Shown here one piece after another: positions 9,422 through 18,633 of a stretch of 64,000 nucleotides of DNA. Within the stretch, counting starts at the first letter, position 1, and each line of letters begins with the position of its first letter. The translations under genes and the position numbers were made by a program. Source of the stretch: Actinomycetes bacterium (lineage in GTDB: Bacteria; Actinomycetota; Thermoleophilia; Solirubrobacterales; Solirubrobacteraceae); assembly GCA_021784895.1 (NCBI GenBank), contig JAJYHG010000001.1, positions 18,491 through 82,490 on the forward strand, written 5' to 3'. The notes beneath the pieces were generated by a model. It was not told the origin of the DNA and ran no database searches. It saw only the letters and a program-made list of their open reading frames with translations.

Positions 9422-10789
9422 CTAAGTGACCCGCGGCCTCGTGAGCGCCCTGACGAAGTCCTCGAGCTGATCGGTGCGCCAGCACTCGAACGCCTCGCAG
9501 TGCTGCGCGTAGGCGGCGATTACGCTGTCGCCGTAGTTCCAGTAGAGCTTCGGCTCCGGGTTCAGCCAGAACGTGCGTCCGGCTCGCTGGGTGATCGCTG
9601 CAAACAGATCCTCGCGCGGCGGGCGCCCGTTGGTGCGCGCGTCGCCGAGCACGATCACGGTGGCCCGCGGGTGCAGCTCGTCCTCGATCTCGTCCAGGAA
9701 CTCGCTCCAGACGCGGCCGTAGTCGGTGTAGCCGGAGACGTCGGCGACGCCCGCGTCGCGGCTGACCGCCGCCGCGGCGGCACGGAAGTCGCGCTCGCGG
9801 CGGAAGACGTCCGTTACCTCGGAGATCCGCTCGATGAACACGAATGAGCGCTGCTTGCGGAAGACGTCGTGGAGCGCATGCAGGATGCTCAAAAAGAACG
9901 CACTGGCGCTGGTGACCGAGGTCGACACGTCGCAGAGCACGAACAGCTCGGGGCGCCGCGGGCGCCGCGGGCGGTAGCGCAGCTCGACCGGCACGCCGCC
10001 GGTGCCGAGCGACGCCCGCATGGTGGCGCGCACGTCGACGTGGGCGTGACGGGTGTGGCCGCGCAGCTCGTGGCCCTGGGTCGCCAGGCGCCGGCGCAGC
10101 TGGGCCACCACCCGGTGGACGGCGGCGAGGTCCTGGACCGGGCCGCCCGGCAGCGCCCGGTCCAGGTCGCTGAGTGCCCGCTTCGGCGGCAGGGCCTGGT
10201 TGCGCTCGATCTGTGCCCGCTCGAGCTCGCGCCGCAGCGCCTGCTCAAAGCGCCGCAGCTGATCGCGCGGGATGCCGTCATGGCGCGGGTCATCGGGGGC
10301 CAGTTCGGGCTGCGGTTCGGTGCGCAGCCCAAGCGCGCGGCGGATGCGCTGCACGTCGACGCCCAGCACGCCCGAGCCCTGGCCCTTGCCGAAGGCGGCG
10401 ATCGCCAGGCGCGCGAGGTCGCGCAGGTCTGAATCTGAGCCCTTCTCCAGCGCCCGCGCGATCTGGCGGCGCAGGTCATCGAGGTCGAGCTCGCCGCCGT
10501 CACCGACGCGGACCTGGGGCTCTGAAACCTCGAGCCGCACGGCCTGCAGCTCCGCCTCGCGAAAGAAGAAGCGGTCAAAGACCAGCGCAAACAGGCGCCG
10601 GTCGTCAGGCGACTTGGCGATCGTCGCGGCGAGCGTCTCGCGGAACTCGGTGACCGAGCCCCAGCTCACGAGCTCCAGGGCGCTGAAGGCGTCCAACAGC
10701 TCGGAGGTGCCGACGGTGACGCCCTCGGCGCGCAGGTCGGCGGCGAAGGCGACGAGCGCGCCGTCGAAGTCGAGCGGGTCGCTGAGCAT
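9422..10789 (-). CDS. VWA domain-containing protein (CoxE-like)
   Basis: 455 aa. The C-terminal VWA/MIDAS-like region reads LFVLCDVSTSV. The gene is paired with a MoxR ATPase upstream, the usual MoxR-VWA arrangement. Confidence 0.8.
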   Translation of the reverse strand: MLSDPLDFDGALVAFAADLRAEGVTVGTSELLDAFSALELVSWGSVTEFRETLAATIAKSPDDRRLFALVFDRFFFREAELQAVRLEVSEPQVRVGDGGELDLDDLRRQIARALEKGSDSDLRDLARLAIAAFGKGQGSGVLGVDVQRIRRALGLRTEPQPELAPDDPRHDGIPRDQLRRFEQALRRELERAQIERNQALPPKRALSDLDRALPGGPVQDLAAVHRVVAQLRRRLATQGHELRGHTRHAHVDVRATMRASLGTGGVPVELRYRPRRPRRPELFVLCDVSTSVTSASAFFLSILHALHDVFRKQRSFVFIERISEVTDVFRRERDFRAAAAAVSRDAGVADVSGYTDYGRVWSEFLDEIEDELHPRATVIVLGDARTNGRPPREDLFAAITQRAGRTFWLNPEPKLYWNYGDSVIAAYAQHCEAFECWRTDQLEDFVRALTRPRVT

Positions 10790-10799
10790 GGGCGGCCCT

Positions 10800-11684
10800 T
10801 CAGGCTGCGCGGGCGGGTTCGAGCCTGACGCCGACGCGCTCGGCGACCGTGTCCATGTCGGTGCGGTGCTTGACGATCACGCTCATCGTCTGGCGGAAGA
10901 CCGCCTGGTCGATACTGCCGGCACCGAGCAGCAGCAGCGCGCGCGCCCAGTCGATCGATTCAGCGATGCTCGGTGGCTTCTTCAGGTCGAGCTCGCGCAC
11001 CAGCGAGACAACCTCGACCAGCTTGCGCGCGACCGTCTCCGGCAGGTCGGGCGAGTGCATGCGGACGATCTCTAGCTCGTGCTCGAGATCTGGGTAGTCG
11101 AGCCACAGGTACAGGCAGCGGCGCTTGAGCGCCTCGGTCAGCTCACGGCTGTTGTTGGAGGTCAGAAGCACCACCGGGTGCGTCCTGGCCTCGATCCGGC
11201 CCAGCTCGGGGATCGTGATCTGGAAGTCCGAGAGCAGCTCGAGCAGCATCGCCTCGAACTCCTGGTCGGTCTTGTCGATCTCGTCGATCAGCAGCACGAC
11301 CGGCGCCTGCGAGGAGATCGCAGTCAACAGCGGCCGCGCGAGCAGGAACTGCTCGCCGAAGATGTCGTCCTGCACCGCGTCCCAGCCGGCCTCACCGGAT
11401 TCGGCCTGGATGCGCAAGAGCTGCTTGCGGTAGTTCCATTCATAGAGCGCCTTGGCCTCGTCCAGCCCCTCGTAGCACTGCAGGCGAACGAGCTCGCGCC
11501 CCAGGTACTTTGCGAGCGCCTTGGCGAGCTCGGTCTTGCCGACACCGGCTGGTCCCTCGACCAGCACGGGCTTGCCGAGCTTTGCCGCCAGGAAGCTCAC
11601 CAGCGCCGTGGACTCGCCTGGCAGGTAGCCGACCGAGCGCAGGCCCGCGGCCACATCGGCTACAGAGGTTGGGTTGCCGACCAT
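10800..11684 (-). CDS. MoxR-family AAA+ ATPase (CoxD-like)
   Basis: Walker [16 protein letters not shown] and Walker B VLLIDEIDK are present. The start was taken at ATG 11684 (MVGNPTS); the longest ORF reaches 11753. Confidence 0.88.
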   Translation of the reverse strand: MVGNPTSVADVAAGLRSVGYLPGESTALVSFLAAKLGKPVLVEGPAGVGKTELAKALAKYLGRELVRLQCYEGLDEAKALYEWNYRKQLLRIQAESGEAGWDAVQDDIFGEQFLLARPLLTAISSQAPVVLLIDEIDKTDQEFEAMLLELLSDFQITIPELGRIEARTHPVVLLTSNNSRELTEALKRRCLYLWLDYPDLEHELEIVRMHSPDLPETVARKLVEVVSLVRELDLKKPPSIAESIDWARALLLLGAGSIDQAVFRQTMSVIVKHRTDMDTVAERVGVRLEPARAA

Positions 11685-11721
11685 GTCGCAAATATAGGGA
11701 GCGCGCCGCCCTGGGCGCGCC

Positions 11722-11997
11722 TCAGAGGATCGGGATGTCGCGCACCTCGACATCGGTGCTGGCGCCGCGGCGCTCGAGCCACGCGACGCACCATTCGATC
11801 AGTGCGCGCAGCGACTCGAGCAGCTGCCGCAATGCTTCCACGAGCCGCAGCCGCAGATCATCGGGGATCATGCCGAGCAGCTGCTCGAGCAGCTGCCTGG
11901 TGTTATCGCCGTCCGCATCGCCCGCCCCGTGACCCGCGTCCGCGCGCGGGCCCCAGCCGCGGGGTGGCACCTTGTCCTCGGGTAGTTCACTGTCCAC
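11722..11997 (-). CDS. small conserved hypothetical protein (91 aa), translationally coupled to the ArsA-like gene
   Basis: The start overlaps the ArsA-like stop by 11 nt. The C-terminal half is helical (LLEQLLGMIPDDLRLRLVEALRQLLESLRALIEW). Confidence 0.5.
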   Translation of the reverse strand: MDSELPEDKVPPRGWGPRADAGHGAGDADGDNTRQLLEQLLGMIPDDLRLRLVEALRQLLESLRALIEWCVAWLERRGASTDVEVRDIPIL

Positions 11998-13189
11998 GGC
12001 TGAAGCTCACCTCCAGGGTTCCGTCGTTGTAGGCGCCCGAGACCGGTGTGTAGGCCGCCAGTGTCGGCGGCAGCATGATCGTGCGCCGCTGTTTGCCTGC
12101 CGTGACGACCAGCTCGAGCCCGATCTGCTTGAGGGCGATGTCCTGCTTCCTGGCGAACGGGATCTGCAGGCGCAGGGTGGCGCCGTCGGGGGTGCTCTCG
12201 AGCGTCTGGGTGATCGAGTCGTGGAGCACCGCGTCGGGCGAGGCACCGGCCAGCGGGCCGGTGCCGAAGAGCTCTGTGTCGAACAGCTCGCTGCCCAGCA
12301 GGGCGAGCATCTGGGTGCCGATCACCTCGCGGTCGAGGTAGGGCACCTCGATCACCGGCACGGGTGTGAAGGCCGAGCGCACGAGCTCGAGCTGCTCCTG
12401 CTGGTGGGTGCGCCAGGCGGCGAAGTAGGCGCCCACATCCGCCGGGAAGACCTTGTTGACCACCACCGCGTCAGTCAGGTAGCCGTACAGGTTCAGGTAG
12501 GTGAAGGTGCGCATCGCCTCACCGATCACCATCCGGTCTGGCGCCATCACCAGCCGGATCGTGCTGTGTGCCGTGTCGCGCAGGATCGCGTCCATCGCGA
12601 TCAGGCTGGCTGACAGGCGCTCCAGATCGTCAAAGACCGCGTTTGACGGCAGCGGCAAATCGAGCAGGTTGCGGGCGATCGGCGCGGCGGTCGCGAGGAT
12701 CGCGCGCTGGAGGGGAACGATCTTCTCGAGCCACCATCGCGCCGCCTCCGGGAAGGAGAGCAGCCGCAGCGTCTCGCCGGTCGGGGCGCAGTCGACGATG
12801 ATCACGTCCCACTCGCCGGCCTCGTGGTGCTCGCGCAGGCGCAGCAGCGAGAACAGCTCGTCAAATCCCGGCGGGACGGTCAGCTCCTCGGCCGAGATGC
12901 GGTCCAGGCCGCGCTGGGCGAACACCTGGCCGAGCCAGTCCTTGACCCCCTGCCAGTGGTGTTCGAGCTCGTGCTGGGCATCTATCTCCGCCGCCTCGAG
13001 GTTGGCCGCCACGGCCTGCGGCTGGGGGCCGAGCTCCGCCTGCAGCGAGTCAGAGAGGCTGTGCGCCGGGTCGGTCGAGATCAGCAGCGTGCGGCGCCCG
13101 CCGGCTGCGCAGCGCACCGCGGTGGCGGCGGCGACCGAGGTCTTGCCGACGCCGCCCTTGCCGGTGTAGAGGATCGTGCGCGGTGTCAC
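11987..13189 (-). CDS. ArsA/Get3-family ATPase
   Basis: It carries the deviant Walker A GKGGVGKTSVAAATA and the DTAPTGHT-like motif IIVDCAPTGETLRLL. Confidence 0.88.
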   Translation of the reverse strand: MTPRTILYTGKGGVGKTSVAAATAVRCAAGGRRTLLISTDPAHSLSDSLQAELGPQPQAVAANLEAAEIDAQHELEHHWQGVKDWLGQVFAQRGLDRISAEELTVPPGFDELFSLLRLREHHEAGEWDVIIVDCAPTGETLRLLSFPEAARWWLEKIVPLQRAILATAAPIARNLLDLPLPSNAVFDDLERLSASLIAMDAILRDTAHSTIRLVMAPDRMVIGEAMRTFTYLNLYGYLTDAVVVNKVFPADVGAYFAAWRTHQQEQLELVRSAFTPVPVIEVPYLDREVIGTQMLALLGSELFDTELFGTGPLAGASPDAVLHDSITQTLESTPDGATLRLQIPFARKQDIALKQIGLELVVTAGKQRRTIMLPPTLAAYTPVSGAYNDGTLEVSFSRGQ

Positions 13190-13201
13190 CGACTCTGAAC
13201 G

Positions 13202-15010
13202 CTACACGCCGCTGCCGCCGGTGGGGGTGGTCGTGGTCGCGGTGGTGGTCGGTGTGGTGGTCGTGGTCGTTGGTGTGGTCGTGGTCGTTGGTGTGGTCGT
13301 CGTCGTGGTGGTCGTCGTGGTGGTCGTGGTGGTGGTGGACGGTGGCGGCAGCGGGACTGTCACGGCTGGCACGGTGCCGGTCGTCGGCTCGAGCTCGTAC
13401 GGTGGCGTTGGGCAACCGCCCCGGCACACGCGCAGCTTCGTCTGCAGCTGGGCGTAGTGGCCCGCGGGGTCGGTGATGGACAGCGCCAGGCTGTAGGTGC
13501 CCGCCTTGAGCTTCGGCGCCGCGAAGGTGCGCGTGCCGGCAAAGAAGTTGCGCTTGGTGTAGATGTAGCGGTGCCGGCCGGAGCTGAGCGCGATCCCGAC
13601 GGTCGCGTACTTGTTGATCGTGAAGCGCAGCGGGAAGCGCTGGCCCGCCGGTGCCTGTGTGGTCAGCAGCGTCAGCTGCGGCCGCAGCAGCAGATCGCCT
13701 TCAAAGAGCTGGTAGGTGGAGCAGTAGACGGGGATCTGGGTCTTCTCGCAGAGCAGCTTCAGAAAGCCGGTCACGAGCACGTGATAGTTGTAGGGGTCCG
13801 GCTCTCCGGGCTGATACAGCGACCAGCCGCCGATCACAAACAGGTGCAGATCAGCCTGCGCCTGGACGTTGCCCGCGTTGTAGAGCGCGCTGGCGACGGG
13901 ATCCTGCGAGACGCGCTGGTAGTCGTAGAGGCCGAGCAGCGTCTGTAGAAAGGCGTTGATGATGTCGGTGCGCGGGGTGAAGGAGTACTGCAGGTAGCGG
14001 GTGCCGAGCGGTGTCTTCACCGCCACGCCCGCGGGCGGCGGGTTCTCAAACAGCGGCAGTGCGTCATGGGCGACGGTGAGATACTCCTGGTTGCCGGTAG
14101 CCAGGTAGGCGTCGGTGAGCGCCTCCAGACCGGTGGCCTGAGCCATCGCGCTCACCCATGGCGGCCGGCCGCCCTCCCAGTTGAAGTAGTACTCCCAGGC
14201 CAGCCCGCCGGCACGGCGTACCGCCAGCGGGATCATCTCGCTCATCAGCGTGACCAGCTTCGGGTAGTCGCTGGGGCCGGCCTCGTGGAAGCCGTCGCCC
14301 TCACCGAAGGTGTGCAGCACCTGTAGCTGGATCCCCGAGCCGGCGTAATACTCCCAGACCAGCTCCGAGCCCTGGAACTGCACCGACGTGCCGTTGGCCA
14401 GCGGCCGGCCGCTGCGCCAGTAGGCGGCGTTGTTGGCCAGGGTCAGCATCAGCACCGGCAGGCGGCTGACCGTGATCTGGTGGTAGGTGGCCATCTCATC
14501 GAACGTGGCGGTGACGTCGGTGAGCTGGGCGGCGCGCCAGCGGGCGATGTGTCGCTCCTCGATCAGCGCCGCGCGCCAGGCTCGCAGATCGGCCAGGTAG
14601 GTGACGGTTGCGAGCGCACCGCTCCGGTTGAGCTTCTGCAGCGCTTGCGCAAAGGTGATGAGCGGCGGGCGGTGGGGGTGCTTGCGGCGCTTGGCAAGCT
14701 GGCCGGCCCGGGCAACCTGAGCGAGCGGCACCAGGGTCCTGGTCGTCAAGCTGAGCCCCGTGGCGGGGGCCGGCGGCAGGCCGGGCGCGGCCGGCATTGC
14801 CGGGAGGTTCGGGTTGGCGGCGGCGCCCGTCAAGAAGCGGTTGTTGACCAAGCCGGTGCGGCCGTCGCGGTACAGCATCACGACGGTCGCGGCCCGTGCG
14901 CCGGCGGCGCCGTTGGCGAGCTGCACGTAGGCCGCCAAGGCGCAGAGAGCCGCGAGCGCGGTCAGGCGTCGCAGCTTCCGGGCGCGCTCTGTGGCCGCAC
15001 CGCCCTTCAC
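13202..15010 (-). CDS. secreted D-glucuronyl C5-epimerase C-terminal-domain-like protein with Ig-like domain and poly-Thr/Pro tail
   Basis: The N-terminus is signal-peptide-like (LTALAALCALAAYVQLANG). The segment WVSAMAQATGLEALTDAYLATGNQEYL...IINAFLQTLLGLYDY matches the C5-epimerase C-terminal family pattern. The protein ends in a 39-residue T/P tract. Confidence 0.65.
   Translation of the reverse strand: MKGGAATERARKLRRLTALAALCALAAYVQLANGAAGARAATVVMLYRDGRTGLVNNRFLTGAAANPNLPAMPAAPGLPPAPATGLSLTTRTLVPLAQVARAGQLAKRRKHPHRPPLITFAQALQKLNRSGALATVTYLADLRAWRAALIEERHIARWRAAQLTDVTATFDEMATYHQITVSRLPVLMLTLANNAAYWRSGRPLANGTSVQFQGSELVWEYYAGSGIQLQVLHTFGEGDGFHEAGPSDYPKLVTLMSEMIPLAVRRAGGLAWEYYFNWEGGRPPWVSAMAQATGLEALTDAYLATGNQEYLTVAHDALPLFENPPPAGVAVKTPLGTRYLQYSFTPRTDIINAFLQTLLGLYDYQRVSQDPVASALYNAGNVQAQADLHLFVIGGWSLYQPGEPDPYNYHVLVTGFLKLLCEKTQIPVYCSTYQLFEGDLLLRPQLTLLTTQAPAGQRFPLRFTINKYATVGIALSSGRHRYIYTKRNFFAGTRTFAAPKLKAGTYSLALSITDPAGHYAQLQTKLRVCRGGCPTPPYELEPTTGTVPAVTVPLPPPSTTTTTTTTTTTTTTTPTTTTTPTTTTTTPTTTATTTTPTGGSGV
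13220..13336 (-). repeat. low-complexity poly-Thr/Pro coding tract (STTTTTTTTTTTTTTPTTTTTPTTTTTTPTTTATTTTPT)
   Basis: Plus-strand ggtggtcgtggt-type reiterations. Position was derived from the ORF end. Confidence 0.9.
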
Positions 15011-15073
15011 GGGTTGTGCGGTCTGAGCGGAGATCCTTGCACCGACTGGTGCGCTACCCGCGCACCCCCGCTT

Positions 15074-15385
15074 CTAATCGCGGCCGACCTCCTGGTCGTC
15101 CTGCTCGAGCTCGTCGTCGGTGTCGTCGGGCCCGAGCTCGGAGGCGGCGCCCGCGTGGTAGTGGATCTGAAAGCGCTGCAGCAGCTCATCGCGACGGTCC
15201 TCGTCGACCGGGACCTCGTCGGAGATGCGGACCCACTCCGCGCCCTCAAACTCCTCCATGTTGAAGATCTCGCGGTCCAGCTCGGGCGAGTCATCAACGA
15301 CGATCAGCACCTCGGTTTGAGGGTTGAAGTACGTGCCGGGGCGGTTCAGGAGCTCCTCGAGCTCCACGCGGTCTGAATCAGCCAT
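15074..15385 (-). CDS. small acidic hypothetical protein (103 aa)
   Basis: ATG-initiated ORF with G/C-rich third positions and a D/E-rich sequence. I recognise no family. Confidence 0.5.
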   Translation of the reverse strand: MADSDRVELEELLNRPGTYFNPQTEVLIVVDDSPELDREIFNMEEFEGAEWVRISDEVPVDEDRRDELLQRFQIHYHAGAASELGPDDTDDELEQDDQEVGRD

Positions 15386-15531
15386 GCCCGGCAGCCTACC
15401 CGTTCCCGCGGCTGTGCGCCTGCTGGCCGAGGCTTGCGCTAATATCCCGAACCGGTTGACTGACTAGTCAATCAGCCGACGATCGTTCGACCACCGGCTG
15501 TTCGTAAAGCCCCCTCGAGGAGAGACCACAC

Positions 15532-16683
15532 GTGATCGACTTCACGCTTACAGACGAGCAGCTCGCGATGCGCGAGATGGCGCACGACTTTGCCGAGAAG
15601 GAGATGCGGCCGGTCGCCTGGGAGTACGACCGCGACGGCACCTGGCCGCAGGAGATCATCGACAAGGCCTGGGAGCTAGGGATGATGAACAGCCAGCTGC
15701 CTGAGGAGTACGGCGGCTCGGGGCTCGGCTATCTAGATGAGGCGATCATCGGCGAGGAGATCGCCTGGGGCTGCTCGGGCATCGGCACGAGCCTCACCTG
15801 CAACGGCCTGGCGATCGCACCGGTCGTGCTGGCCGGATCGGAGGCAGTGAAGAAGGAGTACCTCGGCCGCCTGTCGCAGGCGCCGCTCCTGGCCTCCTTC
15901 TGCCTGACGGAGCCCGACGCTGGCTCGGACGTGTCGGGGATGAAGACGACCGCCACTCGCAAGGGTGACAAGTGGGTCATCAGCGGCTCCAAGTGCTTCA
16001 TCACCAACGGTGAGTACGCCAACTGGTACACGGTCTTTGCCAAGACCGACCGTGAGGCCGGTCACCGGGGCATCTCCTGCTTCGTCGTGCCCCGCGACGC
16101 CGGCGTGATCGTCGACAAGCACGAGGACAAGCTGGGGCAGCGCGCCTCAAACACGGCGACGATCACCTTCCCCGACGTCGAGATTCCGCTGGATCACCTG
16201 GTCGGCGAGGAGAACAAGGGGTTCAAGCTGTCGATGATGACGCTCGACCGCACCCGTCCCGGGGTGGCGGCGATGGCCACCGGTGTCGCCCGCGCGGCAC
16301 TCGAGATGGCTCAGGAGTACGCCAAGCAGCGGGTCCAGTTCGGCGTGCCGATCGCGATGCACCAGGGCATTCAGTTCATGCTCGCCGACATGGCGACCAA
16401 GGTCTACCTGAGCCGCTTGGCCGCCTACCACGCCGCCGCGCTGCTGGACCAGGGCAAGCGCAACACGCTCGAGTCCTCGCACGCCAAGCGCTTTGCAGCC
16501 GACTCCGCCATGGAGGTGGCGGTGGACGCGGTCCAGATCTTCGGCGGCTACGGCTTCATCAAGGAATACAAGGTCGAGAAGCTGATGCGCGACGCCAAGA
16601 TCCTGGCGCTCTACGAGGGCACTGCCCAGATCCAGCGGCTGGTGATCGCGCGCGAGACGCTGCTGCCGCGCAACGGCCTCTAA
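15532..16683 (+). CDS. acyl-CoA dehydrogenase
   Basis: 383 aa with full-length ACAD architecture (FCLTEPDAGSDVSGMKTTA, catalytic-region YEGTAQIQRLVIAR). GTG start. Confidence 0.93.
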   Translation: MIDFTLTDEQLAMREMAHDFAEKEMRPVAWEYDRDGTWPQEIIDKAWELGMMNSQLPEEYGGSGLGYLDEAIIGEEIAWGCSGIGTSLTCNGLAIAPVVLAGSEAVKKEYLGRLSQAPLLASFCLTEPDAGSDVSGMKTTATRKGDKWVISGSKCFITNGEYANWYTVFAKTDREAGHRGISCFVVPRDAGVIVDKHEDKLGQRASNTATITFPDVEIPLDHLVGEENKGFKLSMMTLDRTRPGVAAMATGVARAALEMAQEYAKQRVQFGVPIAMHQGIQFMLADMATKVYLSRLAAYHAAALLDQGKRNTLESSHAKRFAADSAMEVAVDAVQIFGGYGFIKEYKVEKLMRDAKILALYEGTAQIQRLVIARETLLPRNGL

Positions 16684-17343
16684 CAGCCGGAGCCCGCCGT
16701 GACGGAGCGAGCGAACTGGGACCCGCCCGGCTAACTTGCTCGGTCTCAGTGGGCTGTCGGAGCGTGTTCCAGCTGCATCGGGCCTACGCCCGCCGCCAGA
16801 GCGCATGCCGGCTGCAGGGAATCCGCGCGTTCGCTACAGAACGCGCCGCAGTCCTGGCCCTGTGCGAAGCGTCGGTGTACGCAGAGCCCGAAACTATCCG
16901 GCAGCAGAGCAGGCTGCCGTGAGCCCGTCCTGCAGAGACGATGACATCGACCCGGGGCGCGGCGCACGGTCCCGGCCTGCGGCCCACGAAGTCCACCGGG
17001 ATCGCGACACGACCGCCAGTCGCGACCCAGTAGCCGACTGACCGAGGATCGACCTCTATCGCGCGTGCGGGTGACAACGGCCACCCAGGACGGCGGCGTC
17101 GACCTGCACGCCCTCGGTAGCGACTCCGGCGAGGCGGGGCGCGTGGAACCCCAGAGCGAGCCACATGGAGGGCCGTGAACCGTCATCACCGCCCCCGACC
17201 GGTTGGACAGCCACTCGGTGCTGTCTCCGGCTTGGCCGGGCACCACGCCGATGGTGGCGCCGCCGCCTCGTAATCGGCCCACGCCGCAGCCGGCCACCAG
17301 CAGTGCCGCGGGCAAGCCACGATCGGCGGACGGCGTACGCGAC

Positions 17344-18570
17344 TCACTCGTCGTTCTGGAAGCGACCGCCGGCGAAGATCACGCGCTGTGAGCCGTCGCG
17401 CAGGATCGCGGTGACCGTGCGGTCGGTGGTTGAGACGATGTCGTTGTGGACGGCGGCTTTGAGGTTGTAGCCGAGCGCTTCCCACTGCTCATCGCCGAGC
17501 GCGGCCCCGTCGCCGTCATAGGTGATGTTGAGCGACATTCCCACCGCCAGGTGGGTGTTGCCGAACGGACCGCCCATGTTCTCGTCGTAGAGGGTGCTGG
17601 CCATGAAGCGGTCGATGCGCGAGAGGCGGGCGTCGGTCAGCGAGTACTCACCGACGCGGTCACCGCCCGGCGCAGCGACGATCTGCTCGATCAGCTCCTG
17701 ATTCTCATCTGCTGTGGCCGCGGTGACCAGGCCGTTCCTGAACTCGAGGCGCACGCCGCGGGCGATCTTGCCGTGGCTGTAGAGCGGCTCGGAGAAGCTG
17801 ATCTGACCGCTGGTGCCGCGCCAGTCGGGGCTGGTGAAGATCTCGAAGCTCGGGATGTTGCGCCCGCCGCCGCCGATCCACTGCCGCTGCTCGCCGATCG
17901 TCAGCCACAGGTCGGTGCCTTCGGCCTCGACGTGCAGGCGGTCGATGTCGAGCGAGTTCAGCCAGTCGCGGTAGCGGCCGATCTCTGCCTGGGCCGTCCG
18001 CCAGCGGGCGATCGGGTCGGGGTCGTCGAGGAAGCATGCGTGGGTGATCTGCTCCCAGTACTGCTCGAGCGTGAGGCCGGCCTCGGCCGCGAGCCCAGCG
18101 GTGCCCCACAGGCCGATCGTCCAGTGCAAGCGGCCCGCGGCCTCCTTCTCCTGGTGCCAGGCGACCCAGGGCATCCCTGCGGCCTGGTGGCGGATCATCT
18201 TCTGCGGGTCGACGTCCTGCATCGTCCGCGGGTGGTCCTCGCCCGCCAGGTAGATGTAGTGGTCGATCTCATCGATCAGCCCGCGCATCATCTTTTCGGC
18301 AAAGAAGTCAAGCTGCGCGTCCCCCGCCAGCTCGTAGAAGTCCCGTTCGAGGTTGATGCGCTCGTCCTGGGTGGGGGTGAACTCCTTGATCACATTGCCG
18401 CCCGACCGCCACACCGCCCGGCAGACCTCGGCGAACAGGGGCTTGGTCTCCTCGGCTCCGATCACCAGTACGGTGTCGCCCGCCTTAATGCCCTCCCCGT
18501 TCCCGAGCGCGAAGTCGACCAGCACGCGGCCGTAGCGTTCGAGGATCTCCGGGCTTGGTTCGTAGCTCAT
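17344..18570 (-). CDS. M29 family aminopeptidase (AmpS/PepS-like), paralog 1
   Basis: 408 aa. Family-like motifs are WTIGLWGT, FEIFTSPDWRGTSG and YDENMGGPFGNTHLAVG. Confidence 0.88.
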   Translation of the reverse strand: MSYEPSPEILERYGRVLVDFALGNGEGIKAGDTVLVIGAEETKPLFAEVCRAVWRSGGNVIKEFTPTQDERINLERDFYELAGDAQLDFFAEKMMRGLIDEIDHYIYLAGEDHPRTMQDVDPQKMIRHQAAGMPWVAWHQEKEAAGRLHWTIGLWGTAGLAAEAGLTLEQYWEQITHACFLDDPDPIARWRTAQAEIGRYRDWLNSLDIDRLHVEAEGTDLWLTIGEQRQWIGGGGRNIPSFEIFTSPDWRGTSGQISFSEPLYSHGKIARGVRLEFRNGLVTAATADENQELIEQIVAAPGGDRVGEYSLTDARLSRIDRFMASTLYDENMGGPFGNTHLAVGMSLNITYDGDGAALGDEQWEALGYNLKAAVHNDIVSTTDRTVTAILRDGSQRVIFAGGRFQNDE

Positions 18571-18633
18571 GCGCCGCAGCCTAGCGGTCCCGTGCGCCGC
18601 CTGTGCGGTGACCGCCTGGGACGGGGCCGCTGA

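Noticed and set aside
13176-13476. Plus-strand ORFs encoding poly-Val or poly-Trp/Ser peptides.
   Set aside because: They are reverse-complement artefacts of the poly-Thr coding tract of the 13202..15010 gene.
16746-17315. A 189-aa minus-strand ORF (TTG start) as a real CDS.
   Set aside because: It has a weak start and only moderate third-position G/C bias. The sequence is Arg/Gly/Pro-rich with no recognisable family, and competing ORFs occupy the other frames. I kept it only as a possible gene remnant (see findings).
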